Of a stretch of 64,000 nucleotides of DNA, positions 1 through 10,236 are shown piece after piece. The stretch is from Candidatus Sericytochromatia bacterium (GTDB lineage: Bacteria > Cyanobacteriota > Sericytochromatia > S15B-MN24 > JAQBPE01). The notes under the pieces were generated by a model. That model made no database searches and had not been told where the DNA came from. It was given only the letters and a program-made list of their open reading frames with translations. Numbering within the stretch: position 1 is the first letter of the stretch; the number at the start of each line of letters is the position of its first letter. The stretch spans positions 19,485 through 83,484 of the forward strand of contig JBBAPZ010000007.1 in assembly GCA_040400605.1 (NCBI GenBank), given 5' to 3'. Made by a program: the position numbers and the translations under genes.

Positions 1-2390
1 CGCCTGTCACGGGCGCATCGGGTGCCGTGGCAACCAAACGTGACGACGTGCCTCAGACGGACGGTTTGAGTGTTGACGAGTTGGTGATGCGAGCACAGCC
101 TGTGTCGACTGAGCCGTGGCGGGTTGAGCCGGACGCGTTGGTGTGGATCGCGCATCAAGGCGTATGTGATCTGAGTGCGGAGCTGGTCAAACAGCTGACG
201 GGCCACGGAGCAAAGGCACAGGCGGTTGATATCGCGATGCCGGAGGCGTGGCCTGAGGCAACGGGCTTGTACGGGGTGGTCCTGGTTGCGCCTGCAAACC
301 AGGTGTTGGATAGTCGCTCGATGTACCAACTCACGCAACACGTCGCGCCGGTGCTGAGAGCGGCCAAGCAAGGATTTGTCGTTGGCATCACGCGCATGGA
401 CGGCGCGTTTGGCCTGGGTCACGCAAGCGGAAACGAGAGCAGTGGTGCATTGAGCGGCCTCGTCAAGGGGTTGGCTTGGGAATGGCCGGCGCTACGGTGT
501 CGCGTTTTGGATGTGGATGCCGACCAGTACGACCGTGAGGCGATGGCAGCACAGGTCTTGCCGGAATTGTGGCGCAAGGGTCCCGTTGAGCTGGGGCTTT
601 CGCCTCAGGGTCAATGCGTCCTGGAATTGACACCGAGTCGCACACGACCGGCGGCCTCAGCGGCGGCGCTCGCGCCCCAGGATGTGGTGCTGGTAACGGG
701 TGGGGCACGTGGCGTGACTGCGGCGTGTGCGATCGCCCTTGCAGAGGCTTTGCGTCCGACTTTGGTTTTGCTGGGGCGATCGCCTTTACCAGGCCCCGAA
801 GCGTCCTGGTTGGCTGGTTGCGACGATGAAGCTGCCATCAAACAAGCGCTGAGAATCCACGAACCGGCGTGCAATACCCCCCGTTTGTTGCAGCAGCGCG
901 CGCAAGTCATCCTGGCTGAAAAAGCGATCCGTGAGACCCTCGCAAGCATCAACCAGTTGGGGGTGCCGGTGCACTACGTCAGTGTGGATGTGCGGGATGC
1001 GTCAGCCGTTAAAGATGCGGTGACGACCGTGAGGCAAACACTTGGGCCCATTCGGGGCTTGATTCACGGTGCTGGCGTCATTGCTGACCGCCTCATTCAC
1101 GAAAAATCCATCGCACAGTTTGATGCCGTGTTCGAAACCAAGGTCGTTGGGCTGCAGGCCATCATGGCAGCGACCGACCCTGGCGACCTCAAAGCGTTAA
1201 TCCTCTTCAGTTCGGTCACTGGTCGCCAAGGACGCAGTGGTCAAAGCGATTACGCGATGGCCAATGAGTGGCTCAATAAATTTGCCCAGGCGTTCGCCAG
1301 GCGTTATCCGGCTTGCCTCGTGCGCGCGTTAAACTGGGGCCCATGGGATGGTGGAATGGTCACGCGTGCGCACAAACGCCTCTTCGCGGCGGAGGGAGTG
1401 GGCGTCGTGCCACTTGAAGCCGGGGCGCGCTGGCTCGCCCAGACACTGGGTAGCGCGGTGGCGTCGGGGGTGGAGCAGGTGATACTCGGAACGCTCCCCG
1501 AAGCGAAAGCTGTTGCCTCCAAGCAGCCCGAATTGGTTCAAGACGTGTTCGCGTTCGAACTGGACCCCACGCGGGATGCCTGGCTGGATGATCATCGCCT
1601 GCGTGGGCGCTCGGTTTTACCTGCCGCACTGATGATTGACTGGCTCCTGCTTGCGGCTTCGCTGACGCAACCGGGTCTGAGTGTGCGCAGTTTAAGGCAT
1701 TTCACGGTCTTGAAGGGCTTGGTGCTGGATGAGTCACGTCAAAGCATCCATGGCGTGATTGAGCATACGAGCCGCAACGGTGAGACAACCGCTGTGCAGG
1801 CTGCCTTGGTGACGCGGGGTCATGATGGTCAAACAGTGCGCCACGCCAGTGCAGAACTTGAGGTTGGTGAGCAGTTAAGCCAAGACGTGGGTGATGTGGC
1901 TTTGGCGTTACCTGTGGGGCGTTATCCCCTTCGCATTGACGATGCGTATGGGCGTCATTTGTTTCACGGTGCGACTTGGCGTGGCATCGAGCGCATCACG
2001 GCGTTTAGTCCGGAGGGGGTCGCGGCACGTTTGCGCTGTGCGCCGGTGCCGCAGGCCTGGTTGAGCGAGACGCTCCAAGAGACGTGGATGGCTGATCCCT
2101 TGGTCATTGATTGTGTCTTTCAGCTTTTGATCCTGTGGAGTGTCCACCACTTGAACGCCCCTTGCTTACCCGCTCGCGTCGGCAGTCTGGAACGTTATTT
2201 TGAAGCCTTCCCGTCCCAAGGGTGTGACGTGGTGATTAGTTGTGTCAGCAAGCATCCGCACGAGTTGGTGGCAGCGGTTGAACTGCGCGATGGTGCGGGA
2301 TTATTGCTCGCACGCATGCAAGATGTGGTGGCAACGGTCAGTGCGCAACTGGTTGAGGCCTTTGGGGTAGAGGCGTCGGTGCCGCGGTGA
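1..2390 (+). CDS. pfaA: PfaA-like PUFA synthase/iterative PKS subunit, C-terminal KR + PKS-type DH region (5'-truncated by window edge)
   Basis: Frame is open back to the window start. KR Rossmann motif VTGGARGVT, HGAGVIAD and catalytic YAMAN; DH motif DHRLRGRSVLP (HxxxGxxxxP). The stop overlaps the next start (GTGA, 2387-2390). Confidence 0.88.
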   Translation, partial: PVTGASGAVATKRDDVPQTDGLSVDELVMRAQPVSTEPWRVEPDALVWIAHQGVCDLSAELVKQLTGHGAKAQAVDIAMPEAWPEATGLYGVVLVAPANQVLDSRSMYQLTQHVAPVLRAAKQGFVVGITRMDGAFGLGHASGNESSGALSGLVKGLAWEWPALRCRVLDVDADQYDREAMAAQVLPELWRKGPVELGLSPQGQCVLELTPSRTRPAASAAALAPQDVVLVTGGARGVTAACAIALAEALRPTLVLLGRSPLPGPEASWLAGCDDEAAIKQALRIHEPACNTPRLLQQRAQVILAEKAIRETLASINQLGVPVHYVSVDVRDASAVKDAVTTVRQTLGPIRGLIHGAGVIADRLIHEKSIAQFDAVFETKVVGLQAIMAATDPGDLKALILFSSVTGRQGRSGQSDYAMANEWLNKFAQAFARRYPACLVRALNWGPWDGGMVTRAHKRLFAAEGVGVVPLEAGARWLAQTLGSAVASGVEQVILGTLPEAKAVASKQPELVQDVFAFELDPTRDAWLDDHRLRGRSVLPAALMIDWLLLAASLTQPGLSVRSLRHFTVLKGLVLDESRQSIHGVIEHTSRNGETTAVQAALVTRGHDGQTVRHASAELEVGEQLSQDVGDVALALPVGRYPLRIDDAYGRHLFHGATWRGIERITAFSPEGVAARLRCAPVPQAWLSETLQETWMADPLVIDCVFQLLILWSVHHLNAPCLPARVGSLERYFEAFPSQGCDVVISCVSKHPHELVAAVELRDGAGLLLARMQDVVATVSAQLVEAFGVEASVPR

Positions 2391-5300
2391 ACACACAGCC
2401 CATGCAACCGATTGCCATTATTGCTGCGGCGGGAACCTTGCCGGGTGCTCAAGATGATCTTCAGGCATTCTGGCGGATGGTTGAAGCGGGGGAGAGTGCC
2501 ATCAAGCCCGTGCCGCAGGCGCGTTGGGGCCTGAAGAATCCGCCTGTGCAAGATTCCGCCCGGGGTCGGCCTGATTGCATCAATAGTGATCGCGCCTGCC
2601 TGCTTGCGCCCATCGCGTTTGATCCGGGTGGTTTTTTGGTTGATGAGGCCTTGCTCACAAAACTGGATCCATTGTTTCAGTTGCTGCTGCACACAGGCCG
2701 TCAGGCCTGGCGGCAAATCGCAGCCGGGCGCCTGGATCCCCGGCGTGTATCCGTTGTCATCAGTAACCTCATCTTGCCCAATGCGGCCAGCGCACGTCTG
2801 GCGCAACAGGTTTTGGGCGACGATGTGGTTACGCAGGACGATTCGGCGTGGCAGGATCGCTTCATGGCGGGGTTGCCGGCGGGTCTGCTCGGGCAGGCGT
2901 TGGGCCTTGGCGGGGGTTGTTTCACCTTGGATGCTGCGTGTGCGTCGGCATTTTACGCCATCAAGGTGGCGTGTGATCAACTCGAAGCGCTCGAAGTGGA
3001 TGCGGTGCTGACAGGCGGCGTATCGCGGCCCGATGCCTTGTATACGCAAATGGGGTTCTCCCAATTGCATGCGCTGTCCGTGCGTGGCATCAGTGCGCCT
3101 TTTGATGCGTCGGGCGATGGGTTGGTGGTTGGTGAAGGGGCGGGCTTGTTCGTGCTCAAGCGCCTGGTGGATGCCGAAAAGGACGGTGACACCATCTGGG
3201 GTGTCATTCGCGGGATTGGGCTGTCGAATGATCGCGAAGGCAGTTTGCTTGCCCCGCATAGCGAAGGCCAGTTGCGTGCGATGCGGGCCGCTTATCATCA
3301 AGCGGGTTGGTCGCCACGGGAGCTTTCACTCTTCGAGTGCCACGCCACCGGCACCCCACGGGGTGACTCGGTCGAAGTGGAAAGTTTGCGCCGCTTGCTG
3401 GCCGAGTGGCCGGCGGGACCCCATGATGTGGAATCGGCGGTGATTGGTTCCGTCAAGTCGAATGTCGGTCATTTGTTGACAGCCGCAGGCGCGGCGGGAT
3501 TGCTTAAAACGCTGCTCGCGTTTCAACATGCGACGCTGCCACCAACGGCCAATTTTCGTTCGACGGCAGCGGGGATCGACTTGAGCGATGGCCGTATCAG
3601 GGTGCTCTCACGCCCGGAACCTTGGTTGGCGCCGCCTGCCGGCGGGACGCGCCGCGCGGCATTGAGCGCTTTTGGTTTTGGTGGCATCAATGCCCATTTG
3701 TTACTGGAGAGTTATCCAGGTGTCGCGACGCCTGTCACTGTCAGCGGGCTTGACGCGCCTGAGCCGATCGCCGTTGTGGGGCTTGCCGCGCGCTTTGGTG
3801 GTCTTAAGAATTTGCGCGCGTTTCAGGAAGCCGTTTTGGGTGGTGCCGTGGCGCAGGAACACCGTTTGCGTCCAGCGCGCGATTCGAGGCTTGCATCCAC
3901 CCGTGAGCAAGGCTATTTCCTGGCGGGTGATCTGACAATCATGCCAGGCAAGTTTCGGATTCCCCCCCAGGAATTGCGCGATATGCTGCCGCAACAATTG
4001 CTTGCATTGCTTGGGGCGGAGTCCGCCCTCGAAGACGCAGGGCTGACACAGGCCGCGCGCGCGGGACATTTGGCGAACGCGGGTGTCTTGGTTGGCATTG
4101 GCCTTGATCCAGGCGCCACGAATTACCATTTGCGGTGGCAGGCCTTGGCGGAAACAGCACCCGGAGGCATAGACATGAGCGACAATCCGCCACTGAGCGC
4201 CAATCGCACGATCGGTTCACTGGGCGGGATGGTGGCCAGTCGCATTGCGCGGGAGTTTCGGTTGGGTGGCCCCAGTTTTACGGTGTCGGGGGAAGAGACG
4301 TCCGGGATACGGGCGATCGCGCTTGGCATGCGGGCGTTGCAGCGCCAAGAACTCGATCTCGCGGTGGCGGTCGCCGTTGAACTCGCGGGTGATCCCAGGC
4401 ATTTGTGGGCCTTTGAGGCGTTGCATGGCCAAACGGAGCCTGCGGGAGAAGGGGTGGGCGCGGTGGTGCTGAAGCGTCTGTCCGATGCGCAACGGGATGG
4501 GGATCGCATCTATGCCGTTTTGGATGGCGCTGCGTTCGCGAGCGGGGGTGCAGTTGAGCCAGGGGCGATCGCACCGTCTGCTTTGCGCGAGGTATGGGCT
4601 TCGGCGCTAAAAAGTGCCGAGGTGGCGTTGGCGCAGGTTGGTTATGTGGAATCCGCGGCAGCGCCGCGATACGCTCGCCAGGAGGCGTTGGCGCTGGCTG
4701 GATTCACCGCGGGTGAGGCACCGCCCCCTGTGCCGATCGCACTGGGACAAGCGGGATTGCGCGTGGGCCTTTGTGGCGTGGCAAGTTCGATGGCAAGCGT
4801 CATCAAAACCATCCTCGCAGTGTATCAAGAGATTTTGCCGGGTCATGACGCACCCCTCGCGTTGGCGAAGCACCTTCTTGAGGCGGATACCGAGGGCGCG
4901 AAGCGTTGGTTTCATCATCCGCGCACGGGACAGTACTGGTACCGGAACCGGGTTGATGGTCCGCGGCGCGCCGCAGTGCAGGCGATCGCCCACACCGGGG
5001 AGTGCGCGGTGTTGCTGATGCGCGAAAACGAAACCGTTCACCCGTCCCGCACAGCACAGGTACGCAGCGAACGGCATGCGCCCTTGGGCCTCGAACCCTT
5101 TGGCCTGTTTGTCATTCATGCGAGGGATGATCAGCAATTGGCGCTTGAGACGGCGGGTTTCCGTGACTGGTTGAGGCAGTGCGACAGCCAAAGACCATTG
5201 TCCGGCTTGGCGCGCGACTGGTTTGCGCAACATGGTCAGGGATTGGATCACGCCGCCCGGCTCAGTCTGGTGGCAGGCACCCTGGCGCAGCTGGAACAGG

Positions 5301-8300
5301 AATGCGAGGCAGCCGTGTCGCGTGGTTTCGCAAGCGCCTACGAAGCAAATGGGTCGCGCTGGGTTGGACTGCCTCAGGGGCGCACAACCCCGGAGGTCGC
5401 CTGGGTGTACCCTGGCTCAGGCAACCATTTTCCGGGCATGGGGGTTGCCTTGGCAGCCAACCATCCTGAGATTCCGCGACTGCAAGACACCCGCACGGCG
5501 TACTTGCGAAGCCAGGTCCTGCCGGAACGTTTTGCGCCGTGGCGACTGGACTGGCCAAGCGACTGGGAAAGCACCGTGGAACGCGAACTGGCGCAATCAC
5601 ACGGCCAGGTTTTGTTGGGGCAGGTGAGTGTCGGGGCTTTGATGACCGACTGGTTGGCCGCTTTTGATGTGCCGTTTCAGCACGTGATTGGTTACAGCCT
5701 CGGTGAAACCGCTGGGTTGGTGTCGACAGGAATCTGGCGCGACCGTGATACGTTGCTTGAACGGATGGCGCAAACGCCTTTGTTCAGTCGCGATCTCGCC
5801 GGTCGGTGTGAGGCGGCGCGCGCGGTATGGAGTCTGAATGACAACGAATCGGTCGATTGGCTGATTGGCGTTGTCAATCGTGATGCGCACGCGGTGCACG
5901 ACGCACTGGTTGGCCTGCCACGGGCCTATCTGTTGTTGGTGAACCAGCCGCAGGTATGCGTTGTGGGTGGCGCGCGCGAGGCGGTGATGGCCTTGGTTGA
6001 GCGGCTCGATTGCGCGTTTTTGGCAATCGATGGGGTGACGACGGTGCACTGTGAGGTCGCAAAACCGGTCGAGGCGGCCTACCGCGCGTTGCACCGCCTA
6101 AAGGTCTACCCCTTGGCTGGTGTTCGGGTTTACAGCGGCGCAAGCGGTGAAGCATACGTACCGGATACGGAATCCGTGGCGGATGCGATCGTGAACCAAG
6201 CCCTCGATACCGTTGACTTTTCGCGTGTCATCGAACGGGCGTATGAAGCGGGCGCGCGGATTTTCATCGAATTGGGACCCCGCAGTTCATGCACGCGGAT
6301 GATCAAGGCCATTTTGGGCGATCGCCCACACGTGGCCCGCGCGATGTGTATCAAAGGCGTACCGACCACACTCTCGGGCTTGCAATGCCTCGCCCAACTT
6401 CAGGCCGAAGGCGTCAGCGTGAACCTCAACGCGTTATATGGGCTGCGATCGCACGCGCGCGGCTGGGAGCCCGCAGCGCCGGTGCCCCAAAACGCGCTAC
6501 GCATCCCCATTCAGTCCGCGCCAGGCAAGCACGCGTTAACTGTGGTACAACCGCTGGATGCCACAGCCAGATTATCAGGCACCGAGGGCGAGTTGATGCC
6601 TGTATCCGTGCGCCTCAGCACGCAGGCAAACGATACGGTGACACCGGACGATGCCGCACAACCTGGTTTGTATCCGCTCGACGCATCGTTGATGCCGCGG
6701 GCTGTGCCGCCTGAGTGGCTGAGCGGTGAAATGGCGCTGAGTCGCGCCATCGCGGATGCGCATGCGGCTTATCTGGGGTTTGTTGCGGGACACACAGGCG
6801 CAATCCAGGCGGTGCTTGCGCGGCTTGAAGCACCAGCTGACCTGAGCGTTGCAAAGCCTGTCTGGTTGGATCGCGCGGGTTGCTTGCGTTTTGCGCAGGG
6901 TGCGATCGCAGACGTTCTGGGAGAACGTTTTGCCCCTGTGGATACCCACCCCACACGGGTGCGTTTACCGGATGAACCACTGATGCTGGTGGATCGTATT
7001 TTAAGCGTCACGGGCGAGGCCTGCTCACTGGGTTCTGGTACCATCGTCACAGAGCATGACGTGATGCCGGGTGCGTGGTACCTCGATGCGGGACGAATTC
7101 CAACCTGCATCGCTGTCGAAGCCGGGCAAGCCGATCTCTTTTTGTCAGCCTACCTGGGTATCGATTTTGAAACCCGGGGCCTTGCCTGCTACCGCTTGCT
7201 CGACGCGGTGGTGACCTTTCACCGCGCGCTGCCGTTGGCGGGCGCCACGATTCGCTATGACATTGCGATCGATCGCTTCATGCGCCAAGGCGACACCCAT
7301 CTGTTTTTCTTCCGCTTTGAGGCAACTGTTGATGGTGAACCCCTGCTGAGTATGCAAAACGGCTGTGCCGGATTTTTTAGCGCGCAACAATTGCAAGACG
7401 GGCGCGGGATCGTGCTGACTAGCCTGGAGCAGCGTCAAATCGCGGGCAAACGTCCCGAAAACTGGCCGCAGTGGGTGCCGATGCGCCCAATGACCTTGTC
7501 GCTGGCGCAAGTGGATGCCTTGCGCGAGGGGCGGCTCGTTGACGCCTTTGGGTCTGAATTTGCAGGTCTCCCGCTGAGCAACCCGGTTCGTTTGCCTGGT
7601 GGGCGGCTGCGTTTGGTCGAAGAAATCAGCCTGCTTGATCCCACCGGCGGGCGCTTCGGGTTGGGACTCATTCGGGGTGAAGCCCGTATTCAACCGGATG
7701 ATTGGTTCTTGACTTGCCACTTTGTGGATGACCAGGTGATGCCAGGCACCTTGATGTATGAGTGCTGCATGCACACGCTGCGCATTTTCCTCATGCGAAT
7801 GGGTTGGGTTGGCGAGGATGATCACGTGAACGTCGAGCCGGTGCCGGGGGTGTCAAGCACCCTCAAGTGCCGGGGGCAGGTGCTGGCTGGCACCAAGCGG
7901 GTCACTTATGAGATTGTGATTCGCGAACTGGGGCTTGCGCCAACCCCTTATGCACTGGCCGATGCCTTGATGTACGCGGATGATCGCCCGATTGTTTCAA
8001 TCACGAACATGTCAATTCGCATGAACGGTCTTGGCGAAGCCCAATTGGCAAGGATGTGGGGTGAACGGGAAACGGCGTTGCCAACAGCGCAAGCGTTACC
8101 CTACAACCGTGAGTCGATTCTGGCTTTTGCGATTGGCAAACCGTCTGAAGCGTTTGGCGATCGCTACCGCGTTTTTGATGCGCAGCGCATCATCGCCCGT
8201 TTACCCGGTCCACCCTATATGTTTTTGGACCGGGTGGTCAGTGCCACAGGTGCGCCTTGGGTGATGCAAGCAGGCGCTGCGTGTGTTGCCCAATATGACG

Positions 8301-9190
8301 TGCCGCACGACGCGTGGTATTTTGCGGATGAAGCCCAGCCGCGCATGCCCTTTGCCGTATTGCTCGAAGTGGGCTTGCAACCGTGTGGCTGGTTGGCCGC
8401 TTATGTCGGGTCGGCGCTAACCAGTGACGTTGATCTCTCGTTTCGCAACTTGGGCGGCCAAGCCACACAACACCTGCCCGTGACGCCGGATACCAGGACC
8501 TTGACCACGCGGGTGGAATTGACCAAGATTTCAAGTTCCGGGGGAATGATTATCCAAGATTACATCGTGAGCATCCACGCGGGCGAAAACTTGGTCTATC
8601 AGGGCGACACCACCTTCGGCTTCTTTACCAAAGCGGCCCTGAAGCATCAAGTCGGGGTACGGGGCGCCACCCTCTACGAACCGGATGCAGCCGAAAAACG
8701 CGCGCAAAGCGCTCCGACGCTTGATTCAAGCGGGTTGCCGATGGCGCGCGGCAGGCTTCGCATGCTGGATGAGCTAACCATGTTTGCACCGGGCGGTGGG
8801 CGTTTCAAGATGGGCTACCTGCGCGGCACCAAAACGGTGGACCCGGCGGCTTGGTTCTTTGCCGCGCACTTTTACCAAGATCCGGTCATCCCGGGGTCTT
8901 TGGGCCTCGAATCGCTGCTGCAATTGCTGAAGGCGTTTGCGCAGGCTCGCTGGACCAATCGTGTCAAACCGGCTGACCAGTTCGAAAGTATCGCTTGTGG
9001 GGTGCCGCATGCCTGGCAATACCGCGGTCAGATTGTTCCAAGCAATCGCCAGGTGGTGGTGGAGGCGCACATCAAGCAAATCGACGATGGGGGGCGCATG
9101 ATTATTGCAGATGGACAGTTATCGGTGGATGGCCTGGTGATTTATCACATGACTGATTTTGGCCTTCGGGTCGTGACGGGGCAACCGTGA
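2387..9190 (+). CDS. pfaBC: PfaB/PfaC-type PUFA synthase fusion: KS - chain-length factor - AT - FabA-like DH/pseudo-DH pairs
   Basis: KS triad DAACAS, ECHATGT, NVGHLLTAAG. Second KS-like domain has no catalytic Cys (GEETSG; CLF). AT motifs YPGSG and GYSLGE. Two FabA-like DH motifs, CHFVDDQVMPG and AHFYQDPVIPG. 2267 aa. Confidence 0.92.
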   Translation: MNTQPMQPIAIIAAAGTLPGAQDDLQAFWRMVEAGESAIKPVPQARWGLKNPPVQDSARGRPDCINSDRACLLAPIAFDPGGFLVDEALLTKLDPLFQLLLHTGRQAWRQIAAGRLDPRRVSVVISNLILPNAASARLAQQVLGDDVVTQDDSAWQDRFMAGLPAGLLGQALGLGGGCFTLDAACASAFYAIKVACDQLEALEVDAVLTGGVSRPDALYTQMGFSQLHALSVRGISAPFDASGDGLVVGEGAGLFVLKRLVDAEKDGDTIWGVIRGIGLSNDREGSLLAPHSEGQLRAMRAAYHQAGWSPRELSLFECHATGTPRGDSVEVESLRRLLAEWPAGPHDVESAVIGSVKSNVGHLLTAAGAAGLLKTLLAFQHATLPPTANFRSTAAGIDLSDGRIRVLSRPEPWLAPPAGGTRRAALSAFGFGGINAHLLLESYPGVATPVTVSGLDAPEPIAVVGLAARFGGLKNLRAFQEAVLGGAVAQEHRLRPARDSRLASTREQGYFLAGDLTIMPGKFRIPPQELRDMLPQQLLALLGAESALEDAGLTQAARAGHLANAGVLVGIGLDPGATNYHLRWQALAETAPGGIDMSDNPPLSANRTIGSLGGMVASRIAREFRLGGPSFTVSGEETSGIRAIALGMRALQRQELDLAVAVAVELAGDPRHLWAFEALHGQTEPAGEGVGAVVLKRLSDAQRDGDRIYAVLDGAAFASGGAVEPGAIAPSALREVWASALKSAEVALAQVGYVESAAAPRYARQEALALAGFTAGEAPPPVPIALGQAGLRVGLCGVASSMASVIKTILAVYQEILPGHDAPLALAKHLLEADTEGAKRWFHHPRTGQYWYRNRVDGPRRAAVQAIAHTGECAVLLMRENETVHPSRTAQVRSERHAPLGLEPFGLFVIHARDDQQLALETAGFRDWLRQCDSQRPLSGLARDWFAQHGQGLDHAARLSLVAGTLAQLEQECEAAVSRGFASAYEANGSRWVGLPQGRTTPEVAWVYPGSGNHFPGMGVALAANHPEIPRLQDTRTAYLRSQVLPERFAPWRLDWPSDWESTVERELAQSHGQVLLGQVSVGALMTDWLAAFDVPFQHVIGYSLGETAGLVSTGIWRDRDTLLERMAQTPLFSRDLAGRCEAARAVWSLNDNESVDWLIGVVNRDAHAVHDALVGLPRAYLLLVNQPQVCVVGGAREAVMALVERLDCAFLAIDGVTTVHCEVAKPVEAAYRALHRLKVYPLAGVRVYSGASGEAYVPDTESVADAIVNQALDTVDFSRVIERAYEAGARIFIELGPRSSCTRMIKAILGDRPHVARAMCIKGVPTTLSGLQCLAQLQAEGVSVNLNALYGLRSHARGWEPAAPVPQNALRIPIQSAPGKHALTVVQPLDATARLSGTEGELMPVSVRLSTQANDTVTPDDAAQPGLYPLDASLMPRAVPPEWLSGEMALSRAIADAHAAYLGFVAGHTGAIQAVLARLEAPADLSVAKPVWLDRAGCLRFAQGAIADVLGERFAPVDTHPTRVRLPDEPLMLVDRILSVTGEACSLGSGTIVTEHDVMPGAWYLDAGRIPTCIAVEAGQADLFLSAYLGIDFETRGLACYRLLDAVVTFHRALPLAGATIRYDIAIDRFMRQGDTHLFFFRFEATVDGEPLLSMQNGCAGFFSAQQLQDGRGIVLTSLEQRQIAGKRPENWPQWVPMRPMTLSLAQVDALREGRLVDAFGSEFAGLPLSNPVRLPGGRLRLVEEISLLDPTGGRFGLGLIRGEARIQPDDWFLTCHFVDDQVMPGTLMYECCMHTLRIFLMRMGWVGEDDHVNVEPVPGVSSTLKCRGQVLAGTKRVTYEIVIRELGLAPTPYALADALMYADDRPIVSITNMSIRMNGLGEAQLARMWGERETALPTAQALPYNRESILAFAIGKPSEAFGDRYRVFDAQRIIARLPGPPYMFLDRVVSATGAPWVMQAGAACVAQYDVPHDAWYFADEAQPRMPFAVLLEVGLQPCGWLAAYVGSALTSDVDLSFRNLGGQATQHLPVTPDTRTLTTRVELTKISSSGGMIIQDYIVSIHAGENLVYQGDTTFGFFTKAALKHQVGVRGATLYEPDAAEKRAQSAPTLDSSGLPMARGRLRMLDELTMFAPGGGRFKMGYLRGTKTVDPAAWFFAAHFYQDPVIPGSLGLESLLQLLKAFAQARWTNRVKPADQFESIACGVPHAWQYRGQIVPSNRQVVVEAHIKQIDDGGRMIIADGQLSVDGLVIYHMTDFGLRVVTGQP

Positions 9191-10236
9191 TGCGATTCTC
9201 ACGGGTGTCGCTGCTCACAATCGGCTACGAACTGGCACCGGTTGTGGTGAGTTCCAGGCAGCTTGAGTCGCGCCTTGGGCCACTTTATGAGCGTTTGGGC
9301 CTGCAAGAAGGGTATCTCGCGTCGTTGACGGGCATCAAGGAGCGTCGCTGGTGGCCCAAACAATACAGCCTCTCGGAGCGCACCGCGGTGGCTGCTACGC
9401 GGGCACTGGCGCAAGCAGGGCTCGAACCGGGTGAACTCGGAGCCGTCATTTACGGGGGTGTGTGTCGTGAGAACCACGAACCGGCCACGGCGTGTGCGGT
9501 GGCGGAACGCCTCGGTGTGACGGGCGCCGTCTGCGTGCAGGATATCTCGAATGCTTGTTTGGGGGCGTTGTCCGGGATTTTGGCGATCGCCAACATGATC
9601 GAATTGGGGCAGATTCGAGCAGGCGTGGTGGTGGCCGCAGAATCCGCACGAGAAATCAACGACGCCATGATTGAAGACATGCTGGATGACCCGACCATGG
9701 ATCGCTTTCGCCTCGGTATGGCGACTTTAACCGGTGGTTCGGGAGCTGTTGCGATCGTACTGGTTGACAACACGTACTACACCCAGCGACGTGCGCACCG
9801 CTTGCGGGGTGCGACAATTCTTGCCGAACCCGCGCATCATCGCCTTTGTCGTTGGGGAGCCGATACGCGCGTGCCGCCCCGTCGCAGCGTGGTGATGGAA
9901 ACGGACGCAGTGAGCGTGTTAAAAGCGGGTGTGCCCTTGGGGGCCCGCACGTGGCAAGCCTTTCTTGCCCAAATGGAATGGGCGCGTCAAGACGTCAGCA
10001 AGGTGATAAGCCACCAGGTCGGGCAAGCCAATCGGGAGCAAATTCTGCGGGCACTGGACATTCCAGATACACGTGATTTTTCAACCTACCCATTTTTGGG
10101 TAATACGGGCTCCGTGGCGGTGCCCATCACGGCGGCGATCGCCGCCGAACGTGGCTTTTTGCAGACCGGTGACAACGTGGCATTCTTGGGCATCGGCAGC
10201 GGTCTCAGTTGCCTGATGCTGGGTTGGGAGTGGTGA
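9187..10236 (+). CDS. oleA: OleA, thiolase/KASIII-like acyl:acyl condensing enzyme
   Basis: HEPATA (catalytic Glu), NACLG (Cys), SHQVG, LGNTG, C-terminal GIGSGLSC; followed by oleBCD. Start is GTG 9187 or ATG 9190. Confidence 0.9.
   Translation: MMRFSRVSLLTIGYELAPVVVSSRQLESRLGPLYERLGLQEGYLASLTGIKERRWWPKQYSLSERTAVAATRALAQAGLEPGELGAVIYGGVCRENHEPATACAVAERLGVTGAVCVQDISNACLGALSGILAIANMIELGQIRAGVVVAAESAREINDAMIEDMLDDPTMDRFRLGMATLTGGSGAVAIVLVDNTYYTQRRAHRLRGATILAEPAHHRLCRWGADTRVPPRRSVVMETDAVSVLKAGVPLGARTWQAFLAQMEWARQDVSKVISHQVGQANREQILRALDIPDTRDFSTYPFLGNTGSVAVPITAAIAAERGFLQTGDNVAFLGIGSGLSCLMLGWEW

Noticed and set aside
9187..10236. Housekeeping FabH
   Set aside because: It has the EPATA and HQVG motifs and ole context rather than the HQAN motif typical of FabH.
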